A stretch of DNA of 64,000 bases, from contig OX597825.1 of assembly GCA_951406725.2 (NCBI GenBank), positions 23,808,001-23,872,000 on the forward strand, given 5' to 3'. The DNA comes from Octopus vulgaris (lineage: Eukaryota). The notes beneath the pieces are model-generated. The model did not search any database. It worked only from the letters and a program-made list of their open reading frames with translations, and was not told where the DNA came from. A program made the position numbers and the translations under genes. Of the stretch, positions 1 through 13,034 are shown one piece after another (the stretch's first letter is position 1; the number at the start of each line of letters is the position of its first letter).

Positions 1-679
1 TGTTTTAGCTAAGAGAGATTATTTATGGTTCAGAACTTGCTCGAGTTTTTAGGGGAATATTTTTTCTCGCATATCTTGCTTGGTTTAATCAATTTAAACT
101 GGATTCTTCTTAGGTAGTATATTGCTTTTTTTCAGCTTGCAGTCATGGCCAAATCTGGTTTGTTCTAGTTGCAGATTTATCGAAAAGTTTAGCGTGCAAG
201 TTACAATCTGAGTTTCCTCAGTGGTATACCATATCGTTACATACTTCATAAACATAAAAACCAACAATATAACTCTGCAAACTAATAAGATTGCCGTTAA
301 TAATATAGCTATCCCGTTACTTACATCATAATTAATCAGATCATATATAACTATGATATATCTTTTAAGTAATTTATATTGAGTCAACGAGAATTGTCAT
401 GGTTATGGACACAGCACAAAATCGATGGAGGATACGAATAATCGATATGATTGATTCCAGCTATTGGTAATTTGAATGTCTCTGTCTGGTACACTAGTCT
501 CTACTTTCTAATCATATAGCAACAACATTACGGTTCTTCACTTGCAAAATTTTGAATCTGGTTCTGACTTACCATTTGTGATTTGTCCATTCGTATCTCT
601 AAAGAGACCGTTGGGCTATTGGAAAATTAAGACGAGCGACATAGTTAAACTGAGAGTCTCTGTTGTTGCTGCTAATGTA

Positions 680-1240
680 ATTATTGTTGCTGTGGTGGTG
701 GCGGTGGAGGTGTGGGTGGTAGTGACAGAGGTGGTGGAGGTGGTGATGGTGGAGGTGGTGGTAAGGGTAATGATGGTGGTGTTGGTATTGATGTTGGTGG
801 TGATAGTGGTGATGATGGTGGTGCTGGTGGTGATGGTGATGGTGATGATAGTGGTGGGGAGGTGGTGATGGTAGAGGTGGTGGTGGCGGTAATGATGGTA
901 GTCTTGGTGTTGGTGGTGATGGTGGTAATGATGGTAGAGTTGGTGGAGCTGGTGGTGGTGGTGTTGGTGGTGATGGTGATGATGATGCCAGAGATGGTGG
1001 TGGTGGTGATTTTGGTGGTGATGGTGGTGATGATGGTGGAGGAGGTAGTGCTGGTGGTGATAGTGATGGTGGTCCTGGTGGTTGGAAAATAGTGGTGATG
1101 GTGGTGGAGGAGGTGGTGCTGGTGGTTGTAGTGATGGTGATGGTAGTGCTGGTGGTGGGGAAATGGTGGTGATGGTGGTGATGATGATGGAGATGGAGGT
1201 GGTGGTGGTGGCGGCAACGGTGGTGGTGGAGGCAGTGGCA
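680..1240. repeat. degenerate (GGT/GAT)n trinucleotide low-complexity tract
   Basis: Imperfect ggtggtgat runs give poly-Val/Gly on + and poly-Thr/Pro/His on - in every frame. Confidence 0.9.
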
Positions 1241-1682
1241 GTGTTGTCACATAAGGAGTGGCTGAAACACACTCAAGCACGATCGACAAATGCAGTAATC
1301 CAGATATGCAATGCAATTGCGCATCTCAACATGCAGCTTGAGGTTGATGCACTATGCCATTAACCTACAAATTGCTGCATTTACTGCCTACTGCTGCCGT
1401 TGGTTTCTAGTTAGTGCTGGTGTTCTTGCTGTTGCAGTTGTTTTGCTTTTAAGCAGCTGTTTTCGACTTGTTGTTTAGCTCCAACTTAGCTCCGATCAAA
1501 TTTACATGTAACCAAAGACATTCAACCTATTATCATCTTCAATCTTTCCTTCTATATAAAAACAGCAAAAAAAAAGATATCGTTGCTATTTCTAGCATAT
1601 AGCGAAGACACGTGAAACATAAACAGAACCAGCGGAATTTAAAGTTCAGCCATTTATATAAAGAGCTTTGCACAGAAACATT

Positions 1683-1702
1683 TATATATATATATGTGTA
1701 TA

Positions 1703-1757
<55 letters not shown>

Positions 1758-1766
1758 ATATGTATT

Positions 1767-1815
<49 letters not shown>

Positions 1816-1820
1816 GTATG

Positions 1821-1860
<40 letters not shown>

Positions 1861-1905
1861 TATATGTATGAGTGTATACATATATATATATATATATATA
1901 TTGTA

Positions 1906-1995
<90 letters not shown>

Positions 1996-2073
1996 AATAC
2001 CAGAGTAAGCACATACATACTTATATACATACATGCATACATACATACATACATACATACATACATACATACA

Positions 2074-2106
<33 letters not shown>

Positions 2107-2157
2107 TATATGTGTGCATGTATATGTAGGTGTATATGTAGGTGTATATGTATGTAT
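1683..2157. repeat. compound microsatellite (TA)n/(GA)n/(CATA)n, representative of dozens of similar tracts
   Basis: Read directly from the sequence. Confidence 0.95.
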
Positions 2158-3131
2158 AATCTTTGTTTATTAGATAGGTATCACATATTTTTTTGTGAAT
2201 TTAGATTTAAAACTACTCTATTCAGAATGATGTTTATCTCAAAACAATGCGTTGGAAAATGAGGGAAGTTGTCAGCCATTAGTAGAAGCTATCGTGTTCG
2301 CGTAGAACTTCTCTCAGTGATTAAGACGCTTCTCTTTGCGTATGACCAAGTAACAAGACTTCACCCGACCACCCAAAATTGCTAAAAATAACCAACCAGA
2401 CTTTCCTCAGTATCCTCCCAATGCTTTTAAACAAAGAACTGGATGAAAGTTGTTGAAAATTACATCGATGTAATTGAATATCAAATGCAGCATACCCCAA
2501 GGGCAAAAGACAGATTGATTGTACTAGAAAGTCCATTTCAGCGATACGATAACGTTTGATTATCGTGATAAGTAGATACATAAGAAAACGATGCAATGTA
2601 CTGAAATATTATCTGAAATATATTTATGAGCAGCAACAGCGAGTCAAGATAACTTATCATCAAAGCAAAAGAAAAAGCACAGAAAAACAAGCAGATTATG
2701 TGCGTTTTCATTGATTTATCATGTATTTCTGTTTCTACGTAGGCATCTTTTCATATTCCAGAAACAGACCGCACATATGCTGAGCAGCAACGAAGCTCCT
2801 GGCATGAAGAACGCTGTTAATTCTATTACCGAAAAGCATGAACGTGACACTTTAAATAAATCTTTCCGATATCAAAGATGTATGAACTTGTTCTGAAATG
2901 AATGTAACACTTGTTATAGAATGTGGAGAGCACGGTAGATAGTGGTGACGTGGTTTCGAATGCAGGGTCAAGATAAATCATACTGATTTTGTGCCAAGTA
3001 AAAGAAGGAAATATTCTTAATACAATATAACAAGCTATCACTAATCTTTTCCCAACTCTAAATAATCTTATAATAAGGAGTAAAGAAAAAGACCCATCCG
3101 GCAAGCAGTCCGGACTAGCTCTTTCCACCGT

Positions 3132-3660
3132 GAATCATATTTCATCGGATGCCCTAGGTCAATGGAAGAAGGCGGATACAAGTGGAGACATGACAAGGTT
3201 CTTGCAGAAATTGCCAAATGGATTGATCTGCAAAGGGTGAAATTTAATAAATAACAGCCGTCACCAAAGGGTATCAAATCCCTAAAGGAACGTGACAAAT
3301 CTGCCAAGCAGAAAGTAATGGAAAAGGACCCATTTTCTATTTTGCGTTCACCCTCGGACTGGAAGATGCAAGAGGGACTGAGAAGACTTGTCTTCCTAGA
3401 GGAGACAGTGGTGACATCACTCCGATCAGACATTACAAAAACAAATATTGGCGTCGGACTCACAGTACCCCGAGAGGACAGACTCGATATAGGCCACTAG
3501 ATAAAGAAATCGGAATATCAGGCCGGTGTCAAAGGATGGCATTCAGCCTCATTCCCAACTGACGTCGGCTACCGCTGCTTTCTATTTAGACCACTGCGTT
3601 ATATCCTGCAGAAGATGGGTCTGGAACTCAGACGACTAAAGAAAGCCGGTCAAGAAAATA
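3132..3660 (+). mobile_element. decayed 3' part of a HERO-like non-LTR retrotransposon (zinc-knuckle end plus restriction-like endonuclease)
   Basis: One frame with stops reads GCPRSMEEGGYKWRHDKVL...DWKMQ..L.F...VTSLRSDI...LTVPRED...KKSEY...GW....PTDVGYRCF. This matches the YxWRHD / RPD / ELTVPWE / PVEVGCRG motifs of HERO-type RLE elements. Confidence 0.85.
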
Positions 3661-3934
3661 GGCACAGTAGCTATGATTAATATGTGACCTCCAGTGGCTA
3701 TAATTAATATGTGACCTCAATGAAGACTAGCGCAGTCCACCCTGCCCCACTCAGGTGAAGCGTATAGGCTAAAGTTAGAAATGGTCATGGCTCTGAAATC
3801 CCTGCTGACGATAAGCAATGGATTTAGAAGATCTTGCAAAACTTCTGATCAGCTCCTACAGTTTTTGAGTGGGACAAAGCATCGCTGCTGTTAATTTCAC
3901 TCAGCTACTTTCATATACATACACACACGCACAG

Positions 3935-4096
3935 AAACACACAACGGGCTTCTTCAGTTTTCGTTTACCAAATCCACTCACGAGGCTTGGTCGGCCAGAG
4001 GCTTTAATAGAAGACACTTGCCCAAGGTGCTACGCAGTGGGACTGATCCTTGAACCATGTGGTTGGGAAGCAAGCTTCTTAACACACGGCCGTACC
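3935..4096 (-). mobile_element. SINE family A, 5' half (tRNA-like head plus CORE-like CACCTTGGGCAAGT)
   Basis: Homologous to the full copies at 16880-17279 and 46676-47137. Confidence 0.85.
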
Positions 4097-4127
<31 letters not shown>

Positions 4128-4183
4128 TGTATGTATGTATGTATGTATGTATGTATGTATGTATGTGTGTATGTATGTATGTG

Positions 4184-4220
<37 letters not shown>

Positions 4221-4230
4221 ATATATATAT

Positions 4231-4304
<74 letters not shown>

Positions 4305-4889
4305 ATGTGCACGTAGGTATGCGCGCAGAGATTTTTTAAAAATAAATTCAACAGGTATCGATCTAGAAATAGTGTTTAATATCAGTCATTTGTTTCAATT
4401 GATAAAATTAATCTCGGTGAGATTTGAAATGTGAACTTAAAAGGACACAATTTATCTGGGTATATTCAATTACAAACACACGCACATCAACGCAACCACG
4501 CGCACAAATACACATACACACACGCGCGCGCGTGCACATATGTTGAAATATATTGACTGCTTATTTAGTTATTGCTTGGTGATTTTTTATGAGTCATTAT
4601 ACAGAACAACAAAAAATCATTAAATCGTGATGAAAATCTCTAGCAAAAAAAAAATAAAAATAATAAATAAATAAATAAATAAAGGACCACTAACTGAAAT
4701 TCCATCGTTCATTTCGTTATCAAACAGATTGGAAGATACACTACTAGTTCTACTGCGCATGACACGCCCACACGCTTCCGTACACACACCTCAGGTACTA
4801 ACACACTCTTATACATAATTACACATATACGGATATTTAACGCGCGGACATGCGTGTGTGCACATTACTTATGTTTTTTTAATTCTTGT

Positions 4890-5283
4890 ATTTGTTTCAG
4901 TATTTGACTGCGGACATGCTGGAGCACCTCTTTTAGTCGAGCAAGTCGACCCCTGGACGTGTTCTTTGTAAGCCTTGTAGGTATTCTATCGTTCTATTTT
5001 GCTGAAACGCTAAGATACGGGGGACTTAAACACACCCGTATCGCTTGTCAAGCAACGTTGTGGGGACAAACACAAACTCATAAACACACACACCCATACA
5101 CGTACACACACACACTTATATACGACGAGCTTCTTTCAGTTTTCGTCTACCTAATTCAGTCAAGGCTTTGGTCGGCCAGATGCAATACTAGAAGGCACTT
5201 GCCTAACGTGCCACACAGTGGGACTGAACCAAGAACCATGTGGTTGGTAAGCAAGCTACATACCACACAGCCACTACTGTGCC
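4890..5283 (-). mobile_element. SINE family A, full length, diverged
   Basis: A/B-box head (TGGCTGTGTGG..GGTTCAGTCCC), internal (CA/TA)n, 3' GCATGGCCGCAGTC..CTGAAACAA end. Confidence 0.9.
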
Positions 5284-5310
5284 TATGTATACGTATATAC
5301 ACACATACAG

Positions 5311-5347
<37 letters not shown>

Positions 5348-5492
5348 CGACGGACTTTGACACGAGGCTATAGTAAAACTTGCCTAAGGTGCCATGCAAG
5401 CAAATCGCCTAACAAGCCCTTGGTCGACCCTATGCTATAGTAAAAGACATGTATATGAACACACATAAGCACCCACGGACATATGCGTCTGC

Positions 5493-5537
<45 letters not shown>

Positions 5538-5584
5538 CATATAAAAGTATGTATGCTTGTTCAACCATTGAGAAATATTAGTTT

Positions 5585-5950
5585 CATATTTTGCTACAAG
5601 GCAGCAATTTCAGGGGGAGGTGAGTAAGTCGATTACATTGACTCCAGACGACCTCGGTGGAATTTGAACTCAGACGTAAAGACGGACGAAATGCTGCTAA
5701 GCGTTATGCCCGGCATGCTAACGATTGCGCCAGTTTGTCACCTTAACCCATGAGAAATATTCTTTTCTACTCTAGGAAAAAGGCTCGAGATTTTTGAGGA
5801 AGGGCCAGTCGATTAGATCGACCCACGTACACAACTGGTGCTTAATTTATCGACCACGAAAGGATGAAAGGCAAAGTCGATCTTGGTGGAATTTGAACTC
5901 AGAACGTAGCGGCAGCCGAAATACTGCTAAGCATTTGTCACCTTAACCCA
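5585..5950 (-). mobile_element. two adjacent SINE family B copies
   Basis: GAGTTCAAATTCC B-box in both, and the GACTTTGCCTTTCATCCTTTCG central domain (Meta/MESC-like from memory) in the second. The ~28-nt tttgtcaccttaacccatgag.aatatt is duplicated at 5734 and 5934. Confidence 0.8.
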
Positions 5951-5984
5951 TGAGTAATATTAACAATGTTATGCTTACAGAAGT

Positions 5985-6357
5985 ATTCTTTTCTTTCATT
6001 TGTCTCAGTCATTTGTTTGCGGCCATGCTGGAGCACCGCCTATAGTCGAATGAATCGAACTCAGGACTTATTCATTGTAAGCTTAGTACTTATTCTATCG
6101 GTCTCTTTTACCGAACCTCTAAGTTACGGGAACGTGAACACACTAGCATCGATTGTCTAGCGATGGTGGTGTGGGGCAAAGACGCACACACACACACACA
6201 TATATACGACGGGTTTCCTTCAGTTTCCATCTGGCAAATCCACTCCCAAGGCCTTATTCAGCCCGTGGATATTGTGGAAGTCACTTGCCCAAGGTGCCAG
6301 GCAATGCGACTGAATCCAGAACCATGTGGTTGGTTAGCACAAGGCCACTTCTACACT
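5985..6357 (-). mobile_element. SINE family A, full length, diverged
   Basis: Colinear with the other family A copies. Confidence 0.85.
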
Positions 6358-6427
6358 TATGTCTCTTTCCTTCTATTAGAACATAACAAGAAGTATTCTG
6401 CATACCACCACCACCACCACCACCACC

Positions 6428-6459
<32 letters not shown>

Positions 6460-7140
6460 GAGCAGCAACACACACCATGATCACCACCACCTCCCCGCCT
6501 TTCCCCAGTATCATCACAACAAGCGCCACCACCACCACCACCACAAGGAGAAGAACCAAAACGAAAATAGTAACACTTACATATTTAATGGATGTCATCA
6601 ATATTTTTAGATTTAACCCTGTCTAATTTGGAGATGAATTTAGTAACAAGAAAAAATGAGAACTTTATGAATTAGCTGTTTCGAACTGTTTTATTCTTAT
6701 ATATTTTACTAGAAATGTTTCCTTATGACTGTAGAGGTCAACAAACGATGGCTAAAAATTCAGAATACGTTCAGTGACTATTTGGAATTTAGCTAATTTT
6801 TGAAAACCTTTTAAATTGGTATATGCAGTGGAAGATGTTGTATTGTTGGTATAAAGAGGTGATATTTACAGTTTACTTTATATAAGGTAGTTGGCAGCTG
6901 TACATGGTATAAGAATAGCAGACTGTTGTTGCTGCTGTTATTGTTGTTGTTGTTGTTGTTCTTCTTCTTCGTCTTCTTCCTCTTCTTCTTCTTATTCTTT
7001 TTTTACCTACTTCTGGTTTTGTATATATAACCCATCCACGCGCGCTCTCCCTCTCTCCCTATCCCTCTCTCTGTATATATAGTTTGACAGGAGAGTTAGG
7101 GAGAAGGGGAGATAATAAAGTGGTGTATTTATATGTAAAT

Positions 7141-7172
<32 letters not shown>

Positions 7173-7224
7173 GCAAAGAGATAATCATTACTATGTACAT
7201 ACATACACACATATGCATACATTC

Positions 7225-7287
<63 letters not shown>

Positions 7288-7788
7288 CACGTTACAGATT
7301 TTACTACAATTTGCAGACGTTTGATCGAGACAGCAAAGCATTATTCTCATCTTAATGAAACATCTTCCAAATTGTAATTAAATTTTATTTTAAAAAGTAA
7401 GAAACTGTCACTTCAAATGAGTTAAGTACATATTTTAATTACCAGACACCTTAATTGTATACTTGTACTATTATGTTTGCTTACCTGTATATAATTATCT
7501 ACGTGCTTATACACAGACACACATACACATGCGCACAAATATGTATATATATATATATAACAATACTCCCAACATGGAATTTCTTAATATTTAATCCATC
7601 ACTACGCGCGTTTCCAAGAATCACATTACTTTTAAGATCACAGTCCGTATTCCTATTTGTCCTACATTATACCTGTATAACTTGATGTAATTCCGAAAAG
7701 CTGGCTCATTAATCAGCATCATTAGACGGTGCCGACGTAATGGAATATGAGCTTTATTTGCATATTCAAAACGTTACCATAAACACGT

Positions 7789-7821
<33 letters not shown>

Positions 7822-8982
7822 TTATAAATATATATATATACATATATTTACATACATATACATACATGTACGTATATATACATACTTACATACATACATA
7901 CATATATATATTGAGTGTGGTATTGATATTTACTTTAAATCTTAACGTAGACCATGCTCTTTCAAGTTTATGTAGAGTATTTAACCCTACTGACCGTGTC
8001 ACGTTCACTCACCCATTGTATCTATTCGTAATCAGATCTTTTTGACACAGGAATGTTCCCTGTGCGTACTTTCGAAAAATGCCTGCTCATCACCATGTCG
8101 CTTCTTTAGAAAGTACTCTACTTCGTTCTTTGGTCTTTCATTTTCTTTGACGAAGATGAATTGTCCGAAACGTCGTGCCTCTCAGTGCTTTAACTTCACA
8201 GCGTGAAAGTAATCAATGTGTAAATTTGTACGTTGTTTTTGTTTTATTTTGCGCTCTGAATATTTTTTTGCAAATTTTTACAGACTGACAATGATCACAG
8301 CACTGGGTTGCACTCGACTGAAACCATATTACACATATACCTATAAATACCTGCATATATTTAATCGTTATATACGTCGACACAATTATATACACACACA
8401 TATACATACACACATACCACATACATACCCACGCAAACTCACATTTTAGTTTTCACTTCAATAAATCATTTCTGATGCATTAAAAAAATTATGGTTGAAA
8501 GAACAAGAGCAAAAGAAAGTGTTCCTAGCAAGCTAATTAATCGATTTTCAAAGTGTTAATTAAGTCAATGAATTAATCAATTTTTATTTTAAGCATAATC
8601 TTCAATCTGATAATGGACCTGGACGAATCTTCATTCATAAAACGCTATTAGGTTATTTTAAAAGAGCAAAAGTTAACAGAAATTCTTCGTCTTTGGAAAG
8701 TAAGGCAGCTGTAGAAGAGAACGAAATAACTTAGTTAAATTCCACTTTCTACGATATAATTAGCAACTAAATTATTGATTTTTTGACATCATGGCATTAT
8801 GTTGTCAGGAAGTGCTGTGGAGTGTTAGAGGAAGAATTAGTGGAGTGGGGGGGAGGGAAGGCCAATAGTACGGCTAAATGATTTAGGTGGGTTTCTTCGT
8901 AAGTTTTCTTGTCTTGAGTGACATCACTGTAAATAGAAAGCTAGAAGTCAAAAACTGGTTCGAGTTGTTGAAGACGGAAATA

Positions 8983-9117
<135 letters not shown>

Positions 9118-9720
9118 AAACCATTTCCAGTGCTTGAAAATGATCATATCTAATTCCTCTGGAACTTCACCGTTCAAACTGACAAATAGGCCAGACATTA
9201 TATTGAATGTTCAAATAGGCCAGGTATTATATTGAAAGACTTCAAACAAAAATCATGCTGCCTCATTGATATGGCTGTACCAATCGACATAAATGTATCT
9301 GTCAAAACCTACCAAAAGACTGAGCATGTATAAAGATCTTGAAATAGAGATTGGCAAAATATGGAAGTTCATGGCTAAAACAATACCTGTTGTTATAAAT
9401 ACTCTAGGAATGATAGAAAATGGGGCTAATTCCTACCTAGCTCAAATACCAGGAAACCCCAAACTGCCAGAAATTCAAAAGATTGTGTTCATGGGAACTG
9501 CCCAGATCCTCCGTATAATACTGTCTATGTAATCTCAAATTTTAAAGCAAACTTATAAATTTCTAATGTTTTCTTAAACATTCTCTAGAATAATACTATG
9601 TGCAAAACCAAATATATGACACCTTATGCATAACACCAACTTGAACTTCTAACTTGTTGTCTCTTGAGGTCCTTCGGTGAGACTTGGAGTCAACTCGTAC
9701 AAATACATAGCTGCGAAGAA
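9118..9720 (+). mobile_element. 5'-truncated R4/Dong-like non-LTR retrotransposon (RLE domain plus 3' UTR)
   Basis: With frameshifts it reads KPFPVLEND..LWNFTVQTD..RPDII..DFKQKSCCLIDMAVPIDINVS...LSMYKDLEIEIGKIW...TIPVVINTLG...QKIVFMGTAQILR. Confidence 0.85.
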
Positions 9721-10126
9721 ATTTCTACAGAACTCAAATGATTCTCCGGTTGGATTTTGTTTGCCACGTATTAAAATGTAAGTGCAGGACGGTACAACCT
9801 GGAGCGGAATGACACGATTTGGAGCAGCTGATTAGACGCAGATGATTTGGCAGAGCTGACAAGACATTTAGCCTGCTTTGGAGACGGTAACTTAGGTACC
9901 GAAGACAATTATACAACACATGTACACATACACACACAAAAAAATATAAGCAGATTGAAGGAATGAGAGAGTGAGCAAGGGAACACGATTGATATAAATA
10001 TTTACCCTATCGTTATATATATAAAGAAAAATATACTCACACACACAGATTGAAAGAGAGAGAGGAGAGGGGGGGGGGGGGCAGGGAGAAAACGAGAGAA
10101 AAATTAATACGTCTGATGTTAAGAAA

Positions 10127-10264
10127 GTCAGCGTCCAATCAGAGTTGCCAGATAAGCTGTGTCATAACTGTTGCTGTGCCAGAACGTATCACAAACACTC
10201 TGGAAGCAGCAATGTCAAAATGACCCTCAGGCTTTTCATTGACGACCGTCAAGTCTTCTCTCAA
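10127..10264 (+). repeat. 138-bp diverged direct repeat, copy 1 (copy 2 at 11436-11573)
   Basis: Gap-free alignment with about 28 differences in 138 nt by manual count. Both copies keep the palindrome TTGACG-A(C/T)-CGTCAA. Confidence 0.85.
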
Positions 10265-11114
10265 CGGCATGTTGCCAATGACTTAAGATGAAACTAGCCA
10301 TGACATTGAAGCATGTTTTACATATTAGATTATCTTGTTCATGAACTCGCTCGATGTAGCAAAAATATTATCAACAACTAGATTGAAGCTTCTGTCAGAA
10401 GGAATGAAAACCCTTGATTTATGCAAGAATGAAGCCGTTAAATATATTGACGATGATATCGAAGATAAATCTAGTGGAAGTTGTACATTCTATCACATGC
10501 ACATAGCTATGAATGCGATAAAACTGTTTCATTTTGGTAAAGTAGTTCTAGAAATTCAGGATGGAACCATTTAGTGAGAATCATTTTAAAGGAATCTCAT
10601 ACGCAGCGGATAAGATGTGATACAATATTATTTAGAATAAGCAAAGAATAAGTGAAAGCGGAAGATGTAGAGTGTTATAGAACCATGAAGATATTTCAAT
10701 GGCGAAGGGAGATATTAAAGAAGAGTACTGTTAGATTAAACTAGAAGCAAGGTATAAAATCCTTTGTATGGAAGAAGAGATATTTGTTGATGGTGATGTT
10801 AGAATCTATGGAAAAAATCCAATGATTCAACGAAAGGAATTTGGCATAAAGTGAAAATAAAATGTGATACGATATATTGTGATAAAGAGACTAGGACTTA
10901 TGCAGTAAGGTTAAAGGGGTGACAAATGTAAGTGATTAGACGAAAATACTCGGATAGTTCAGCTTTAACAAAATTACTTGATAATGTACAAAGACAAATG
11001 AGATAAGAATAAAGGAAATACACTAGAGAAAAATATTTGTGATTTTAAATAAAAAGCATTGTATAAACCTTTCACCTGCAGGATGGCCAGCTTAACGCCA
11101 GATAATAAGCAACC

Positions 11115-11308
11115 TAAGATCGGTAGCCACTACCCACATTTTTTTCTGTCCTTGTTTCTCTCCTTGTTTTTTTCTGTGTCCCTTTCTGTAGAAGAGCGTA
11201 GGCTCGAAATGTAAAAGACTTTTTCTATTCTTGAGCGTTATACTAATACATCTGTTTGTTTTGTACTCCACCCGTCTTCGTCTTTTGCTTTTTTCGTGAA
11301 ATCTCCCT
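11115..11308 (+). mobile_element. Penelope pseudo-LTR-like repeat with a mutated minimal hammerhead (11182-11217)
   Basis: Closely similar to 56170-56368. Motif reads cttt-CTGtAGA-A-GAGC-gtag-GCTC-GAAAt-GTA-aaag, and the repeat ends at a microsatellite. Confidence 0.7.
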
Positions 11309-11327
11309 ACACACACACACACACGCA

Positions 11328-11386
<59 letters not shown>

Positions 11387-11435
11387 AAGAAGCAGAACCT
11401 ATGGAAACTGGGCTTGGTCTGGTTGCATCGATTAA

Positions 11436-11573
11436 GTCAGCGTCAAATCGGTGACGCCAGATAATCTGAGCCATAACGGCTGCTGTACTAAAACATCTGT
11501 CACACACTCTGCAAGTAACACCGTGAAAATGACCCCCAGGCTATTCATTGACGATCGTCAAGTTTTCTCTCAA
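11436..11573 (+). repeat. 138-bp diverged direct repeat, copy 2
   Basis: See copy 1 at 10127-10264. Confidence 0.85.
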
Positions 11574-12599
11574 CTCCAGTGAAGTTATTCAAAGAATGGA
11601 TAAATTTTTGTCATTGGTAGAAGAGAAATCTGATGTTTTGTGATTGTCCATTTAAAAAAAAGCATAAACATTTCAACCGTGGGGTTAGTTAATGCTAAAC
11701 CTATAAAGAGACAGGGTCAGAATGATGAGAGACAATGAAAAAGAGGACACGGACAATTGCTATAACATGTCTAAATGGGAAAATGTTCAGATAAATCATT
11801 AAGCGAACTAATAAAATGCTAAGAATGAAAGCACGAGGAATCAAAGCTTGAAAGCTAAGTGACGTATTTGCTGTTAAATTGTGTATGTATATATTTGGGG
11901 GTGGGAACGTACTGTATTTAATCCATCTCGAAATGAAGAAATTTAAAATGAATACCGAAGAATGTAAAGAAGAGCTGTTACCGGAGGTTATTAAAATCCT
12001 CTGTGATGTATAAATTTTATCGTTCGGATTCTGCTATTTACCAATTTTAAATAGTGTTAATATATTATGATAAAGCGATGCCAAAACGAAACTGTGTATA
12101 GCTTTATAACTCAACAGTTTGGAAATAGAGTCTGATGAATCGCAACACTGATTGAGAAGAGCAAAACTAAAAAAGGAATTGGAAGGGTTTTCGATTGTCG
12201 GGCAACAACCAAAGCCTTACTACTAATTAGCAAACACCAAAAGCATATAATGAAGCGGACTACACTGAATATTAGGGCAAGTTTGGAATAAAAACATATC
12301 GCGTAAAGGGTCTCTGGCTGCTCTGTCCTATTTAAACAAAGCATACAAAAGCAAACATGGTTGATTTATTGATGCCAGCATTATGAGACCCATAAAGTAA
12401 AAGAAACAAATGCAGACCGGAAAAAAACCATACATCTTTTGTCGCTGCTCGTCAATAGAGGCTCCAAACTTTTCTGACATTGATGGTCGCTTTTCCCCGA
12501 GGAATCCGATGACTGACACATTGGATACCTTAAAACTTCATCCTTTCATATCCATTCCACACTAGCTTATAGGAATCAGAGTTAAAATGCCAACACAAT

Positions 12600-13034
12600 G
12601 GTTTCAACTTGAAATTTAAGATTAGATTCTCATTCAACATAAATGTAAATATGAACAACAAGACACAAAATAATCCCATGCACTGCATTACTTTCCCCAA
12701 ATGCAAGGAGAATTATATTAGTAAAACCAATAATTGCCTTTGCCAACGTGCAAGAATCCATAGACAACAAATCTGACAAGAAGAACTACGGAAAATTCCA
12801 CTGAGCAAACATTTGGAAATATGCGGGGAAGGAAAAATCAAGATCTCCCCCTTCTATAAATGCACAAGGAACGACCCAAACTTCCGAAACACAATTAAAC
12901 GTTTGAAAAAAGGAAAGAGCAGCAAACATTTTGAAATGTGTGGAGATGGAAAATTCAAGGAATTACCCAAAGTTCCGAAGGACAACGGAATTATATTTCA
13001 TAAAAAAAATCCTCAACAAAAATTGAAATGTTGA
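12600..13034 (+). mobile_element. Penelope-like element GIY-YIG endonuclease remnant
   Basis: Frame 12663 onward reads TQNNPMHCITFPKCKENYISKTNNCLCQRARIHRQQI*...IPLSKHLEICGEGKIKISPFYK, then RRTTELYFIKK..QQKL after an internal duplication. This fits the PLE pattern NxIYCIxC..C...YIGxT...L..R...H. Confidence 0.85.

Noticed and set aside
616-1272. His/Pro-rich protein
   Set aside because: The His and Pro blocks arise from frame slips within one degenerate ACC/ATC repeat.
8146-8176. hammerhead-like TTGACGA-agat..gtcc-GAAACGTC
   Set aside because: No stem I pairing and an imperfect stem II. At most a decayed pLTR motif.
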